Notes: generated by a model from the sequence alone, not told the origin. A stretch of DNA of 43,366 nt from Lophium mytilinum (GCA_010093605.1 MU004188.1:1677673-1721038), one strand, 5' to 3'. Positions 1 through 10,642 are shown, counted from the first letter of the stretch. A program made the numbers and translations.

Positions 1-548
1 AGTCGACCCAGAGAAGGTTTCTGGAGGTGATAAGGTGTTTTGGTTGCCGCCAGGGGAGGAGTGCTATGTGCCGTTCCAAAAGGGGGATTGGGAGGGCCTA
101 GGTTCGGGGAGGGTGAAGCTATAGGTGTAGAAACAAGCAAGAGTGGCTCATTAACATATCGAATGAGACATTATTCAAAGTTTTATTGGACCAATCCACC
201 GCTTGCATGTGCGGGTTTTCGAGATTCAACTATTGCGTCAGAGTCAGAAAAGACTTGGCAAACTAATGTGCTATCAGTATCTTCTCAAACCATAGTCGCT
301 ATCAGTGTGATAACACGGGCTTAATACCGCAACCGGGATATGTTGCCCTGAAGAGAGTCGTGCTGAGTGTTCATCTCACAATGGCTGTTCATAGAAATCC
401 GTACTCTCGTTGACAACTACTTGAGGAGCCCCATGGTGTTTTCAGCGTTCCGAATAAGAGAACAGCACGATATTTTAGACTACGAGTAAACTCATGAGGC
501 TCCTCCAGGCAGCGTCAACATAGTGTCAACAAGTTGAAGGCATATACG

Positions 549-618
549 TTACCCCCGGTTTCTAGTAATACGTTGGGGCCCCTCCAGCATTGGTAGGTAA
601 GCGTACGGATATCTATGG
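549..618. repeat. ~70-bp repeat, copy 1 (inverted relative to 6817-6885)
   Basis: Matches the reverse complement of 6817-6885 at about 64/70 positions by eye, with the last 30 bp identical. Confidence 0.9.
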
Positions 619-645
619 GTGTATGCTCCACATCGGGTCATGTTC

Positions 646-2016
646 CTAATATACAGAACGATGCCCAGGAGATGGCACCTAGTGTAAGAGAACGCAGTTA
701 GCTTCCCTAGCGCGACTACGAACAATTGATCGGAAACTCACGTAGTATCTTTCTCCTCCTGCTCCTACTTGAAGCTGCCCGCTGTATGTAAACTCCCTCA
801 TTTCTGCCTCTGAGAGATGGGCAAAGATTCTTGACCCCACTACAGCTTCGTGAACTTTCGAGATCTCAAAGCTATCGATATGGGTAGTTCTCAGTATGCT
901 ATCCACGACGTCTGACCACTTTCCTTCGATGAGGCTACATCTTGAGTAACGGACTTCACGAAGCGTGCTGGCGTGTCGAAGCGCAAGATCAACAAGTTCT
1001 TGAGCAGAAGCATGCACGCCTCCGAGGCTCAGAAAGCGCAGGTGGGGCCAGGTAGTGGTCTTCCCCAACACAAGTGAAACGGCTGAGGTGTTCGGTGCCC
1101 ACGACTGTGGACTCGGGTGCCATTTGTGCAGATGAAGAGATAGAGTCCGCAATTCCTTAGCGCCACGAAGAAGTCCCCGAAGCGCTGTAAGGTGACTAGG
1201 TATTGACGATGACGTACCGAGTATCGCTAGTGAAAGAGGTAAGTCTAGATTGTGCAGCGTGCTGAACAGATGAAGGCCGGCTTGTAGTTGTGCCTGGTCG
1301 GGCAACTCAAAGGCGTAGCTAGTGAAGATCGTGCCCTGGGGCTCGGAGGGTCTATCCGCGGCTTCTACGCGAAAGGTTCGAATGCCTGAGTATTTGACTA
1401 GAGCTAGGGCGCCGATCAGGTAGTGGAAGCCGCGATGGCTGCACTGCTGAACAATGCCCTCAGAGCCACCGAATGATGGGGTAGAATGAGGCTCTCCGCG
1501 TGGAAGAATGTCCTTTGCCTCTTTCTTTTCGATTGGGACGTTCCGTGGCCCGGGCGAGTAGGTGATTGTGGTGACATTTGGCAGCGATTCGAGGCCTCGT
1601 TCCAGAGTACGAAAGAGAATGAGGGAGTCCTGAATGCCTTCCTGGTCGTGGTAGAGTTGTTGGTACTGCTTGAATCTCTTACGTCGGCCCCAGCTGTCCA
1701 AGCGATAGGCATCACACTCGGCTCGACTCAAGTGAGCCATGTAGACTTGCTCATTAGTAGCGAGGCCCGCGTCGTACACCGAGCCATCGTAGACAATCTC
1801 CTTCACGTACTTGTGATATACAGCATGCTGGAAAATAGTTTGGAACGCGCCCAATGCTTGATACCTCGGAGCAACGAGCACACGTTGGAAAATGCTGGGC
1901 GTTGATATCTCAGCAAACCTTCTGCAGACGCCTCTAACAGCTTTCAAGTCGAGGCGATCCAGATAGGCGAAGGTGTCGATGAGTAGCTCCGAGGGGAGAT
2001 CGGTGATGGTAGCCAT
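646..2016 (-). CDS. F-box domain protein (exons 2016-742, 678-646)
   Basis: N-terminal F-box motif ITDLPSELLIDTFAYL..DLKAVRGVCRRF and an LRR-like C-half (WPHLRFLSLGGV). Intron GTGAGT(741)..GCTAAC..TAG(679) gives terminal exon VPSPGHRSVY*. Confidence 0.8.
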
Positions 2017-2329
2017 GGCGCGACTCGACAGAGGTCAAGCGAACTGGATGCACAGCACTTTTGCACGGCTACGCGAGAGGAAGAGCGTGCCGAAAGGTGT
2101 GATGTTGTGGCAGAGTTGATGCGGAGGTGGGCGATGAAAGAGGTACGTAGGCTGCAGCGCCATTTTACGGCAAGGCTGAAGCTAGAAGAACCATGGGTCA
2201 TTGACGGTGGGGCAATCGAGAAGGTCAATCGGAATCGCTATTGGTTCACCATATTCTGGACAGTTTTGCAGCTGCAGATCAAACGACACAGGCACTCAAA
2301 CATGCTGTCTTTATAAGAGTATCTATATA

Positions 2330-3409
2330 TCAGCCTTGCTGTCTCAACTTCGCCAATGCTGCCATGACTCCCTCGCTGAGCTCCTCGTCTCCAGATTTGC
2401 GCTCCGCTGGGGGATCAGACACAGGCCGTCTACTTTCAGCTCCTTGAAGGGGGCCGCTCTGCTCTCCAGCCTGCCGCATTACCTCGTCTTCATCCTCATC
2501 TAGAGTCAGCCCAGGCTGTACTTCTGGGATCTCCTCACGCTGTGATTGGTTGGGGCTGGCATGCTCAGTATTGAGACTACTTTCCATAGCAGGAGCTGCA
2601 GTCCCGATGCTCGTAGCTGCAAAATCGTTCGTGATAGCTGCTGTCCTAGGAGCCTGCGTGGGTGCCGATGGACGCCCAGTCCGGCTGTCTTCTCTATCAA
2701 GACCCCGCTGGGCCGCCTTCTTGACCCTGAACGGCTCGCGCACGGTATTGCACCAGCGCTGGACCTTCTTTTCGCCCCAGCCGGCGATGAGTGCGACTTC
2801 ATCAGGCCCGGCGTTGACCGCAGTGCGCACACTCCCAAAGTTGGAGACTAAGCCCACGGCGTCGGTCTTGTTGATGCTACGCGGGGTAGTTATGAACTCG
2901 ACGAGCTTGTCGGGATAGCTGGTGGACTGGTGAGCGCGAATGGCCGTGGGCGCAGTGTGCTCAAACGTCTTGAACAGCTCAAGGTAGCGGCCAGCTTCCT
3001 GGGCGCTCCAGCAGAGCATGACGGTGACATTGTTGTGCAGAGACGTCTTGGACAGCTCTCGCAGCGACTCCTCGTGGTTGTCGATGTCGACGAGGGTGAG
3101 CAGCACGCGGAGCTGGTACTGGCCCCGCAGATCGCGTATGCGGTTGTAGATGTACTCGGGATGCAGGCGGTGGTACTTCAGCGAGAGGAAGAGCGCGCAG
3201 GTGGTGGCGCCGAGCACATAGTCGGCGGGGATGTCGGAGTACTCCCAGGCGACGGCCTTGACGCCGTTGAGGATGGGATTGCCCTTCTGACGCGGCGACA
3301 CGAGCAAAGCACTGGGGCCGGATCGTTGAGGCAAGGCCTGCGGTTTAGGCTGCTGTACGGGCGTGACGGGCGGCGGGATCGAGGGCGATTGCGCGCCGCG
3401 GTCGTCCAT
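2330..3409 (-). CDS. RAD10: DNA excision repair protein Rad10/ERCC1/Swi10
   Basis: VSPRQKGNPIL..WEYSDIPADYVLG..CALFLSLKYHRLHPEYIYNRI central domain and HhH2 region (INKTDA..FGSVR..GWGEKKV). Start taken at ATG 3409; ATG 3490 is an in-frame alternative. Confidence 0.93.
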   Translation of the reverse strand: MDDRGAQSPSIPPPVTPVQQPKPQALPQRSGPSALLVSPRQKGNPILNGVKAVAWEYSDIPADYVLGATTCALFLSLKYHRLHPEYIYNRIRDLRGQYQLRVLLTLVDIDNHEESLRELSKTSLHNNVTVMLCWSAQEAGRYLELFKTFEHTAPTAIRAHQSTSYPDKLVEFITTPRSINKTDAVGLVSNFGSVRTAVNAGPDEVALIAGWGEKKVQRWCNTVREPFRVKKAAQRGLDREDSRTGRPSAPTQAPRTAAITNDFAATSIGTAAPAMESSLNTEHASPNQSQREEIPEVQPGLTLDEDEDEVMRQAGEQSGPLQGAESRRPVSDPPAERKSGDEELSEGVMAALAKLRQQG

Positions 3410-3528
3410 GAGGGCTGCCGCGTGGACGTGGCATTGGCGTGGTGCGGGCGGCGGACGTGGGCTGCAACGTGACGGGTGACGACGAAGCATGGATGTGAAT
3501 GCAAGTCGGCGTGGTGTTGGCTTTCACT

Positions 3529-3540
3529 AGTCACGTGACT
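3529..3540. promoter_or_regulatory. Palindromic E-box AGTCACGTGACT (Cbf1-type bHLH site) in the RAD10/MED19 divergent promoter
   Basis: Perfect 12-bp palindrome containing RTCACGTG, between head-to-head start codons. Confidence 0.5.
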
Positions 3541-3866
3541 TTTGCTCCCTCGCAAACCAGGCCTTCACCACCTGAACCCAGGCATCGCAGACCTCTCCGC
3601 TCCAACCTCACCACCACCCACCGCCGCGACACCCCGTCTCGCCCACCACCGCCGCCTGCGCCCATTGTCGACCCTCCTCCTCGACCTCACTCACACTCTA
3701 TGAACGCCGCCTAGGTCTGTCCGGCTCGACGCTGCTGCGGTGCAGCCCCCGGCCTGGCCGTCAGCCCAGTCCCGCTCCATCGGCCTCCATCGCACCCCCA
3801 TCCCTATCGCATCTCACCCTCGCCGCCGCTGCCCCGCGGACTCGCATTGCCTCGCCGGCCGCGCCT

Positions 3867-5212
3867 ATGTCGACCAGCCCGAATAAACGACAGCGCCTGG
3901 CAGGATCCTTTTCGCCAGCCTCTCCGCCGTATCACCTCGCCAAGCCGGCCGAGCAGACAAAGCCGCCTGTCCACCCTAATACTCCCACGTCTCCACCGTA
4001 CATGTCAAACATAACGCACCCAAATGGCGCTCCGTCCTCGATCGCGATCTCGACTGCGCATCCGCCAGACATGACGCCGCCCTCGTCCACGCCCGTGTCG
4101 CAGCACGCCTCCCATCCGCCCCCGCCCGTCGCGAACCACGCCTTCCCCACCCCGGCGAGCAGCATCGCGGGGACCGTCTCTTTTGCCGTCAGGGACGGGG
4201 ACGGAGATGCCCAGATGACGGACGACTCCACCGAAGAGGTTGCCAGGGCCAGCGGAGACGATGCCGCCGTGGAGCACAGGCGTTCCAATCACGACCGGCA
4301 AGGCGATGCGCCGTTAGCAGGTGAGAAAGCAGGCTTAGACCGGTTGAAAGCCGATATGGGCTCGCTTTTCAAGCTTTGTCAAACTCGTAAGGACCCTCTT
4401 TTGCTGTGCTGTCTTGCCCGATGTTTTGGTTAACACAGGCTGCCGGATAGCACATCCTATCTCGCGACCGCACGCCTCCCAAAACCTCGTCACCCTCTAC
4501 GGCTTGAATGATATCGCTACCTCCGTTCAGAGGATAAAGCCAGGCACTGCCAACGAGAAGAATACGCTGCGCAAGACCTACCTCGGCCACGTCAAGAACC
4601 TCCAGCTCGCTGGTAAGAACAAGCCATATAACAATCCGAACGAGGACTTCCGAGATCTTCTATCATGGCCAGTCGAAGAATGGCACAACCAAAAGGAGCA
4701 CGGCAAGAGGATCAGTGATGGTTTGGGCGATGAAGTTCTTGACTTGCTCGACCGGGCGCTGCAGATGGCGCCCGGGAAGCTACCACATGAGCAGGCTGAA
4801 AAATGGAAGGGCATAGTAGCCCCTGACGAGACCGTTAAGCCCAAATCGATTGCAGATATGCCCGGGAAACGACCTCTACAGCCTGCCCCCGCCGGAAGGA
4901 ACCCGGCCGCTATGTCTCCTGGTCTCAAATCTGCCCGACCAGAGCGATCAGGGGTGAAGCGCCGTTACAACGAGACCAGCTTTGTTGGCTACGGAGAAGG
5001 TTATGCTGATGATGACGTTGCCGACTCAACCGGTGGGGAAGATGACGGCCGCGGTTCGTCGAAGAAGAAGCGTCGGAAGGTATATTGCGAATGATGGCTT
5101 TCTCCTGTAGAATCTCGCTAATGTTGCTGCAAAGGAGTTTTCTGCTGCCAGTCCGCTTGGCATGAATGATAGGGGAATGTCCGGTATGGGCATGATAGGC
5201 TCCCGGAGATGA
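3867..5212 (+). CDS. MED19: Mediator subunit Med19/Rox3 (exons 3867-4386, 4451-5079, 5135-5212)
   Basis: Spliced product reads LCQTPHPISRPHASQNLVTLYGL..EKNTLRKTYLGHVKNLQLAGKNK, then SFVGYGEGYADDD and a KKKRRK tail. Both introns are GT..AG with branch sites and keep the frame. Confidence 0.88.
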
Positions 5213-5680
5213 GCTTCACAAGCTTGCTCAAGCCCCCTAAGGTTCTTATTTTTCCATTGCCTGGTAATCTCCGGCATTACTATGGTCTCACTCTTGCTAC
5301 TCTCTTTCCACGACAAAATGGGGTTTGGGACACAATTCACTAAAAACGCCGCTTCATGTCTCTTTTTCTGCTATACCCGTCAAAATGAGCGTTTCCTGCA
5401 TGGGTCTTATATGGACATACACACCAAGGCGTTTGGAGTGGGTGGCCTAGCTATGGATTGGCTAGGCTTTTGGTTCTTCACACGGTTTGGTACTGGTCAA
5501 CGTACCATGAAATTTGCTGCTCGGCTGAGTACGAAGCTGCCTAATATAGAGGCGATGAATGCGATTGATCGCATAATGTCAGTGTCAGGTATTTCACAAT
5601 ATCAGCATTGTGATTTTCTCATTCCCAGACAGTGATCAACCTACTGTAACGGGTTACTCTACATGATGTGGCACTACTTG

Positions 5681-6526
5681 TTATTTCGCTAATTGCTCCT
5701 CTACCATGGCTGCGAGCTCCCCAAGACTATGCACATGCCATCCAAAACTCGCCTTCTCTTTGATATCTTCACCTTCCATAGTCCGACCAAGAATGTTGAC
5801 CTCACGGTCGACCCACACGCTCTCCAGCTTCAGGGCTTTCGCTGGGACGTGATCGTGAAACAACGCCATCGCAACGTGCAGAAGCTGGCCCTTCACCTTC
5901 TCTCTCATGACCTCGTCGCTGTCCCCCTTTCCTATCCCAAAGTCCTCTGCAAAGTCTTCTCCAGCGTGTTTGATGAGGTACTCGAAGTTTCGAAGGTCGG
6001 GCTTGTACGATCCAATATCCTCCGCAGTATACAACGTATCGAACGAAGCTCCTGCGAGGCCGTTCTCGAGCGTCAACTTCAACGATGCATTGTCGATGTT
6101 TGACAAAGGCGCGAGCTTGAAATGCTTCGCCAACGACTTCAATGCTGGGACTGTATCTGGGAAGGCCTGCCAGTCTTTTATCGAGGCTCCGAATTGTTCT
6201 GCGGCGGCGTCGAGTGGCTCGTCGCCGAGTGCGGTGTCAGATGTAGATATCAGGTCCTCCACCAGGCGCTTGTAGGTGCGTGCGAGCACATCTTTATACA
6301 GCAGAGTCGGGTGCGACTTCTGGATGGGATGCTCATGTTTTTTGAAGGCGTTCAGCAGTTCCGACCGGGATGATTTGAATGGGTGAGAGGATGGGAGTTT
6401 GGATATGTGGGGGGAGCTCAGGAGAGCGGTTACTATTCCCGTTTCCTGGTCAATTAGAGTCCCATAGATGTCAAAGGTGAGGAGGCGGAATTGGGAGAAG
6501 GGTGTCGATGAAGGAACAAGAGTCAT
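5681..6526 (-). CDS. HAD-superfamily hydrolase, haloacid dehalogenase type II-like
   Basis: Motif I LTFDIYGTLID, LSN motif, IGSYKPD and HVAMALFHDHVPA. First ATG is at 6526; the track start at 6583 is TTG. Confidence 0.88.
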   Translation of the reverse strand: MTLVPSSTPFSQFRLLTFDIYGTLIDQETGIVTALLSSPHISKLPSSHPFKSSRSELLNAFKKHEHPIQKSHPTLLYKDVLARTYKRLVEDLISTSDTALGDEPLDAAAEQFGASIKDWQAFPDTVPALKSLAKHFKLAPLSNIDNASLKLTLENGLAGASFDTLYTAEDIGSYKPDLRNFEYLIKHAGEDFAEDFGIGKGDSDEVMREKVKGQLLHVAMALFHDHVPAKALKLESVWVDREVNILGRTMEGEDIKEKASFGWHVHSLGELAAMVEEQLAK

Positions 6527-6816
6527 TTGGAAGGTATTGTCTGTAGTTTGTGAGAGCTTGCAATGTTTAAAGAAGGCTGCCAATGATTAGGTGTTTTATA
6601 GTCGTCGTCACATCGAGCTTCCAGAACCGGCCACTATATGTATTGCCACGATGATGCGTGATCACCGTCAGTAGGCGGGGTATCAATCATTGCAGAGTAC
6701 AAGCACGACGAAACGCGCCCTTTAAGTTGCGTGCTACGCCAGGTTGCGGGAGATGGACTTTACTGTATTAGGTAGGTACACCTTTGGCATATCCCATTCT
6801 GTGTTACAGTGCCTTG

Positions 6817-6885
6817 CCATAGATATCCGTACGCTTACCTACCAATAACAGAGGGGCCCCAACTATTACTAGAAACAGGGGGTAA
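6817..6885. repeat. ~70-bp repeat, copy 2 (inverted relative to 549-618)
   Basis: Near-identical reverse complement of 549-618. Confidence 0.9.
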
Positions 6886-7231
6886 TAGAAATACTTTTAG
6901 CCTGTATATACTATATTAACACGTAAACAAGTGTATAGATTTCTATAACAAGACCTTGTAAGGAAAGAGCCGAGATGACAGTGATTGATGTCACAATGGC
7001 TGAAATCGTCTCCTAATTTCAATATTCATGACCGAACGTCCTCCACTGAGGAACGCGACATTCTAATGTTGTCTGCTTTGTAGCAGGAACTACAGCAGGG
7101 CACGAAAACTCAGACCGAAGTCTCAAGTATGATTACTACTTCTAGCACTTCCATTTAAGTACCAGCTGTCGAGTTCCTTGATAGGGTATCGTGTCTCAAG
7201 TCCAGTTTCAGATCTGTAACTAGACAAGAGG

Positions 7232-7345
7232 ATGACTCACGCGCCCGCTCATTATATTCAGTCAACTTTGATTACGTGGTCATGGGTGTAGCAAGTATGA
7301 TTCAGCAGTCAAGAGTCACGACCAGTCACAGTCATCAAGAGTCAT
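7232..7345. promoter_or_regulatory. Cluster of Gcn4/CPC1 response-element-like sites
   Basis: ATGACTCA 7232-7239, variant ATGATTCA 7297-7304, GAGTCA 7313-7318 and AGAGTCAT 7338-7345. Confidence 0.45.
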
Positions 7346-7725
7346 GTTTAAAGAAAGTGTTTAATTTAAAGAAGTACTAAAGTAGTCGCGGTCCCTCCTT
7401 AGAGGAAACCGTCCGAAATCAAGGAAAGGAAAGAAGCCTTGTGAAGTTCGCGAAGAGCGACACAAGAAATCTGCAGCAAAGAAGAGGCCAAACCACGAGT
7501 CAATCCCCGAAGAGAGACATCAGAACGGCCGGCGCAAGGAAGAACAGAGAAGGTGAAACCATTCCGAACCCCATACAAGACGCGACAAGCACGCCAAATG
7601 GAAGGGAGGATAAACCCAGAGAACCAACATAAAGAAACCATAACTTTTCGGGAACACGACCGTAGTCAAAAAGGAGAAGCTCCCAGCTTCTCAAGCCGAC
7701 AAAGCGCACACGACGCTGTGGGCAA

Positions 7726-8514
7726 TCACGAGCCACTGTAACCGTGTGCAAAAGCAATGCTCTTCCACTTCTCCAACTCGCTCTCCAACTCCGCGTTCTT
7801 CTTCTCTAGGGTGGAGACATGGTCGAATTTCCGTTGGCGTGAGTCACGAGCAGCAAGAGTATTGCGAGCGCGCTTCAAGGCGACCTTGTCAAGAGGGTCA
7901 ACAGCAATAGGGGGAAGAGGGCCCTTGCGACGTCGGGCTTTGACACCATTTGCAGCAGAATGGGTGGCTGGCGATCCCTGGACCGATGACTTGCGCCTGT
8001 GGGAGCCGTCTAGAATCACAGGAGAGTTGGTGCTTGACGAGCTAGATCGCGCCATGGAGTTGCTGCTAGCAGTGCGCTCCAGAGGATTGGATGTTGGCTG
8101 CGAATTCTTGTCGTTGCTCTCAGGAAAAAGTGTGAACCAGGCGTCAGAGCCTTGGAGGTCGCTCTCTCCGTTGTACAGTGGGGAGGTGTCATAGCTATCC
8201 GTGATGAAAGGCGAGTCGCCGATGTCGGGAGACGTGAGGTTCGTGAATGCGGCGGACGGTGGAGCCGATGCTAGAGGATCCTGGAAAATGTCCTTAGGAG
8301 ACACAGTCCGGGTCGAGCCAGCCGCCGAAACGTCGTTGACAGGCGTGAAGGTCGAGGGCGAGAAGTCCCACATATCCGCGCTGGTGTCAAGGTGTCCGTA
8401 GGCCGCGCCGAGCCCCGTACCCATCGAGTCGTATGCCACGTTGATGTCTGAAGCGTGCGTTAGATTTGTGCGTAGATGCGGACGACGCGCAGATGGGTAG
8501 GTATTACCAGCCAT
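7726..8514 (-). CDS. cpc-1: Cross-pathway control bZIP transcription factor CPC1/CpcA/Gcn4 (exons 8514-8508, 8447-7726; 242 aa from the AUG)
   Basis: Basic region and zipper DKVALKRARNTLAARDSRQRK..LEKKNAELESELEKWK; conserved TVSPKD, SAPPSAAFTNLTSP and WxxLF (AWFTLF) motifs; 60-nt intron GTAATA..CTAAC..CAG after ATG GCT G. Confidence 0.95.
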   Translation of the reverse strand: MAGNTYPSARRPHLRTNLTHASDINVAYDSMGTGLGAAYGHLDTSADMWDFSPSTFTPVNDVSAAGSTRTVSPKDIFQDPLASAPPSAAFTNLTSPDIGDSPFITDSYDTSPLYNGESDLQGSDAWFTLFPESNDKNSQPTSNPLERTASSNSMARSSSSSTNSPVILDGSHRRKSSVQGSPATHSAANGVKARRRKGPLPPIAVDPLDKVALKRARNTLAARDSRQRKFDHVSTLEKKNAELESELEKWKSIAFAHGYSGS

Positions 8515-8662
8515 ATTTCCGGGGTGATGCAGTTGCTGATGAATGTTTGGTGTGCTATTGCCAGAGAAAAGAGGTACCGGTGGACGAGTAGAAGTGCGTT
8601 GTTGATGTTGCTGGAATCCTACTGATGATGAGGGAGCAGAATTTGCGTAAAAGTGTTGGAGG

Positions 8663-8824
8663 TTAAACGAATGCCCAGGCTGAGGAGCGCTCGGTCGACG
8701 TTGGGGCCTTGAGACCTCTGCCGGCTGATCGAACAGGACAAAGTCCACTTGCGGTGGGACGAATTCGGTTTGGGACAACGGTGGTAGCGGCCGTGAGGCT
8801 TGAGAAGCTGGTGAGGGAAGCCAT
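8663..8824 (-). promoter_or_regulatory. cpc-1 uORF2 (53 aa, MASLTSFSS...AWAFV*)
   Basis: One of only two upstream AUGs between 9169 and 8515; out of frame with the main ORF; stops 148 nt before the main AUG. Confidence 0.85.
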
Positions 8825-9023
8825 GTTTGTTGGGAAGCCGTGGTGAACGACGTGAAGTCGAACTGAGAAATTGTTACTTGGGGCGAACTGAAGCTGCGCG
8901 GGGCTAGGCTTGGGTTCAGAGGTCCTGGTGAGGGAGACTCTGAGGGGGGTTGGTGAGTGGAGTGGGTTGGTGTTGCGTTGGTAGCTATAGTGTCGGCGGG
9001 GGGCGACGGAGTGGGAGGGGTGG

Positions 9024-9035
9024 TTAGACAGCCAT
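9024..9035 (-). promoter_or_regulatory. cpc-1 uORF1 (Met-Ala-Val-stop)
   Basis: ATG GCT GTC TAA; a three-codon uORF1 like that of Neurospora cpc-1. Confidence 0.85.
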
Positions 9036-10642
9036 GCCTGTGGATGTCTATGTGTTGTGTTGTATGTGAAGAGGATGTAAGATGGAGAAAGAAAAAGGAG
9101 GCAAGGCAGCGAGGAATTCGCAACCTTAAGTGCGACCGCTGCCTGATCGCTTACGAAGGGCCTTGGCACGTTATGACTCTTACTTTTGTGGAACTGGCTG
9201 TGCGCTGCCGAATGAGAGCCGGAGGATGCGCCGTCAGCCCTTGAAACAGCCAGCGCTTAGCCTCACCGGGCAAGGCCACGCACGCGCCTCGAGCTGAGCG
9301 AGCCGGCTTTCTGCGCAGCCACACGCCTGTCCGCGGTGGCTCTCAGGCTTGCCGGACGGTCGCTTCACCGTTCGGAATGCTGTGCCAGCGGGGCAGAGGA
9401 CCTCAAACAGTGCTAATCAACTGGACACCAGCTTAGACAGAGCGTTCATTTCAAAGGGAAAATGTTGTGTCGGTCTTGGCATGGATTCGCGGACTGCCAC
9501 TTTCTGCGCGGTGGGCGGAGTCGGCCCGGCCGCGGATCCCTGCACACTCGGCGTCCCGATGGATTTATCGGGGCGAGAGGCCGAAGGGGAGGCCGAGGGG
9601 CACAAAGTGGAGGCCTGCTGCTCGAGAATGGATTTCTGTTCGACCCGCCCATTCGCAACGCCGCTGCACTTCCCATTTGCTTCCAATCGTCTCCAGGAGC
9701 ATTCAACGCTCCAAAAGCAGCTCCGGTCGACGGCCGCGCATGTGAGCCGGGTAAATTCCGCCCTTGCGCCGCAGTATCGCAAGCTTTGCCCAAACTAGGC
9801 GCCGGCGGCCCATGTGCATCGCCCCGCAGCACGCCCTACCGTCGACTTGCGCACGCATCAGGGACGCACGGCGACCATGATACGAACGCGGGACAAACGG
9901 GCAGTGCACTCCAGCGCCCTTTTCGATTGCGACCACTCCGCCGGCCGCGGGCGTGGGGAACGAGGTGCTACGTACAGCAGGGAGAAGCGGCGGTGAACGC
10001 CCTTTTCTGCGAGCCTCACCAGCCCCAGAAGGGCAGCACAATATTTCGTAATCTGCGCCGTCTAACCTTGCGACGTTCCAACAAGGTTGCAATCTGACTC
10101 ACCAAGCAGCTGCAGCCCGTGCGTATCAGATCCCCGCTCCCCACTCTCCACCAACCACTCCGTCGATCCCGTCGTGAAGCACTCCATCGTGAAACAGATG
10201 TCACGTGCTTATACATCTCAAGATCCATTTTCACTACCACCTACATTCTCATCTCCCCTGCCTTCTTTAGCGAGGAGCGTATGTGTGATTGCCGTTTGTA
10301 TAATTTCTACACCGAATAGAGTGCTCATACCCCAGCTCCCTCGAACAGAAAGTGGTAGTTAATTCTGTGGGTTTGAAATTCAAAAGCTTGCCTAACTCCA
10401 CTCCTCCAGTGCATACTTTCTCTGTGTTGTGCGCGCTTGCCTAACTCCAATTAAGGTCCTTTGATGATGGTATAAAAACTGTAAAGTGACGCTTTTAGCA
10501 AGCCTGATAGAAGTACCGTCCATCTCAGACAGTCTTAAACTACCACCTCATGTTCCATGGAGCTTGTCGCATAGCAAGATACGAATGTCCGTTGCGAGAA
10601 CACCAATGCCCACTTGTGGGACGATGTCAGACTGCCATTCAC

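Noticed and set aside
1416..3555. Antisense or alternate-frame ORFs over the F-box and RAD10 genes
   Set aside because: Shadow ORFs of GC-rich coding sequence.
9121..9123. ORF-track start of a 465-aa CPC1
   Set aside because: The codon is TTG upstream of uORF1 and probably near or before the TSS, and the ORF also reads through an intron. Better-context near-cognate starts lie downstream.
9349..10362. Several overlapping 60-211 aa ORFs upstream of cpc-1
   Set aside because: GC-rich promoter DNA with ORFs on both strands, no recognisable domain and no coherent splice model.
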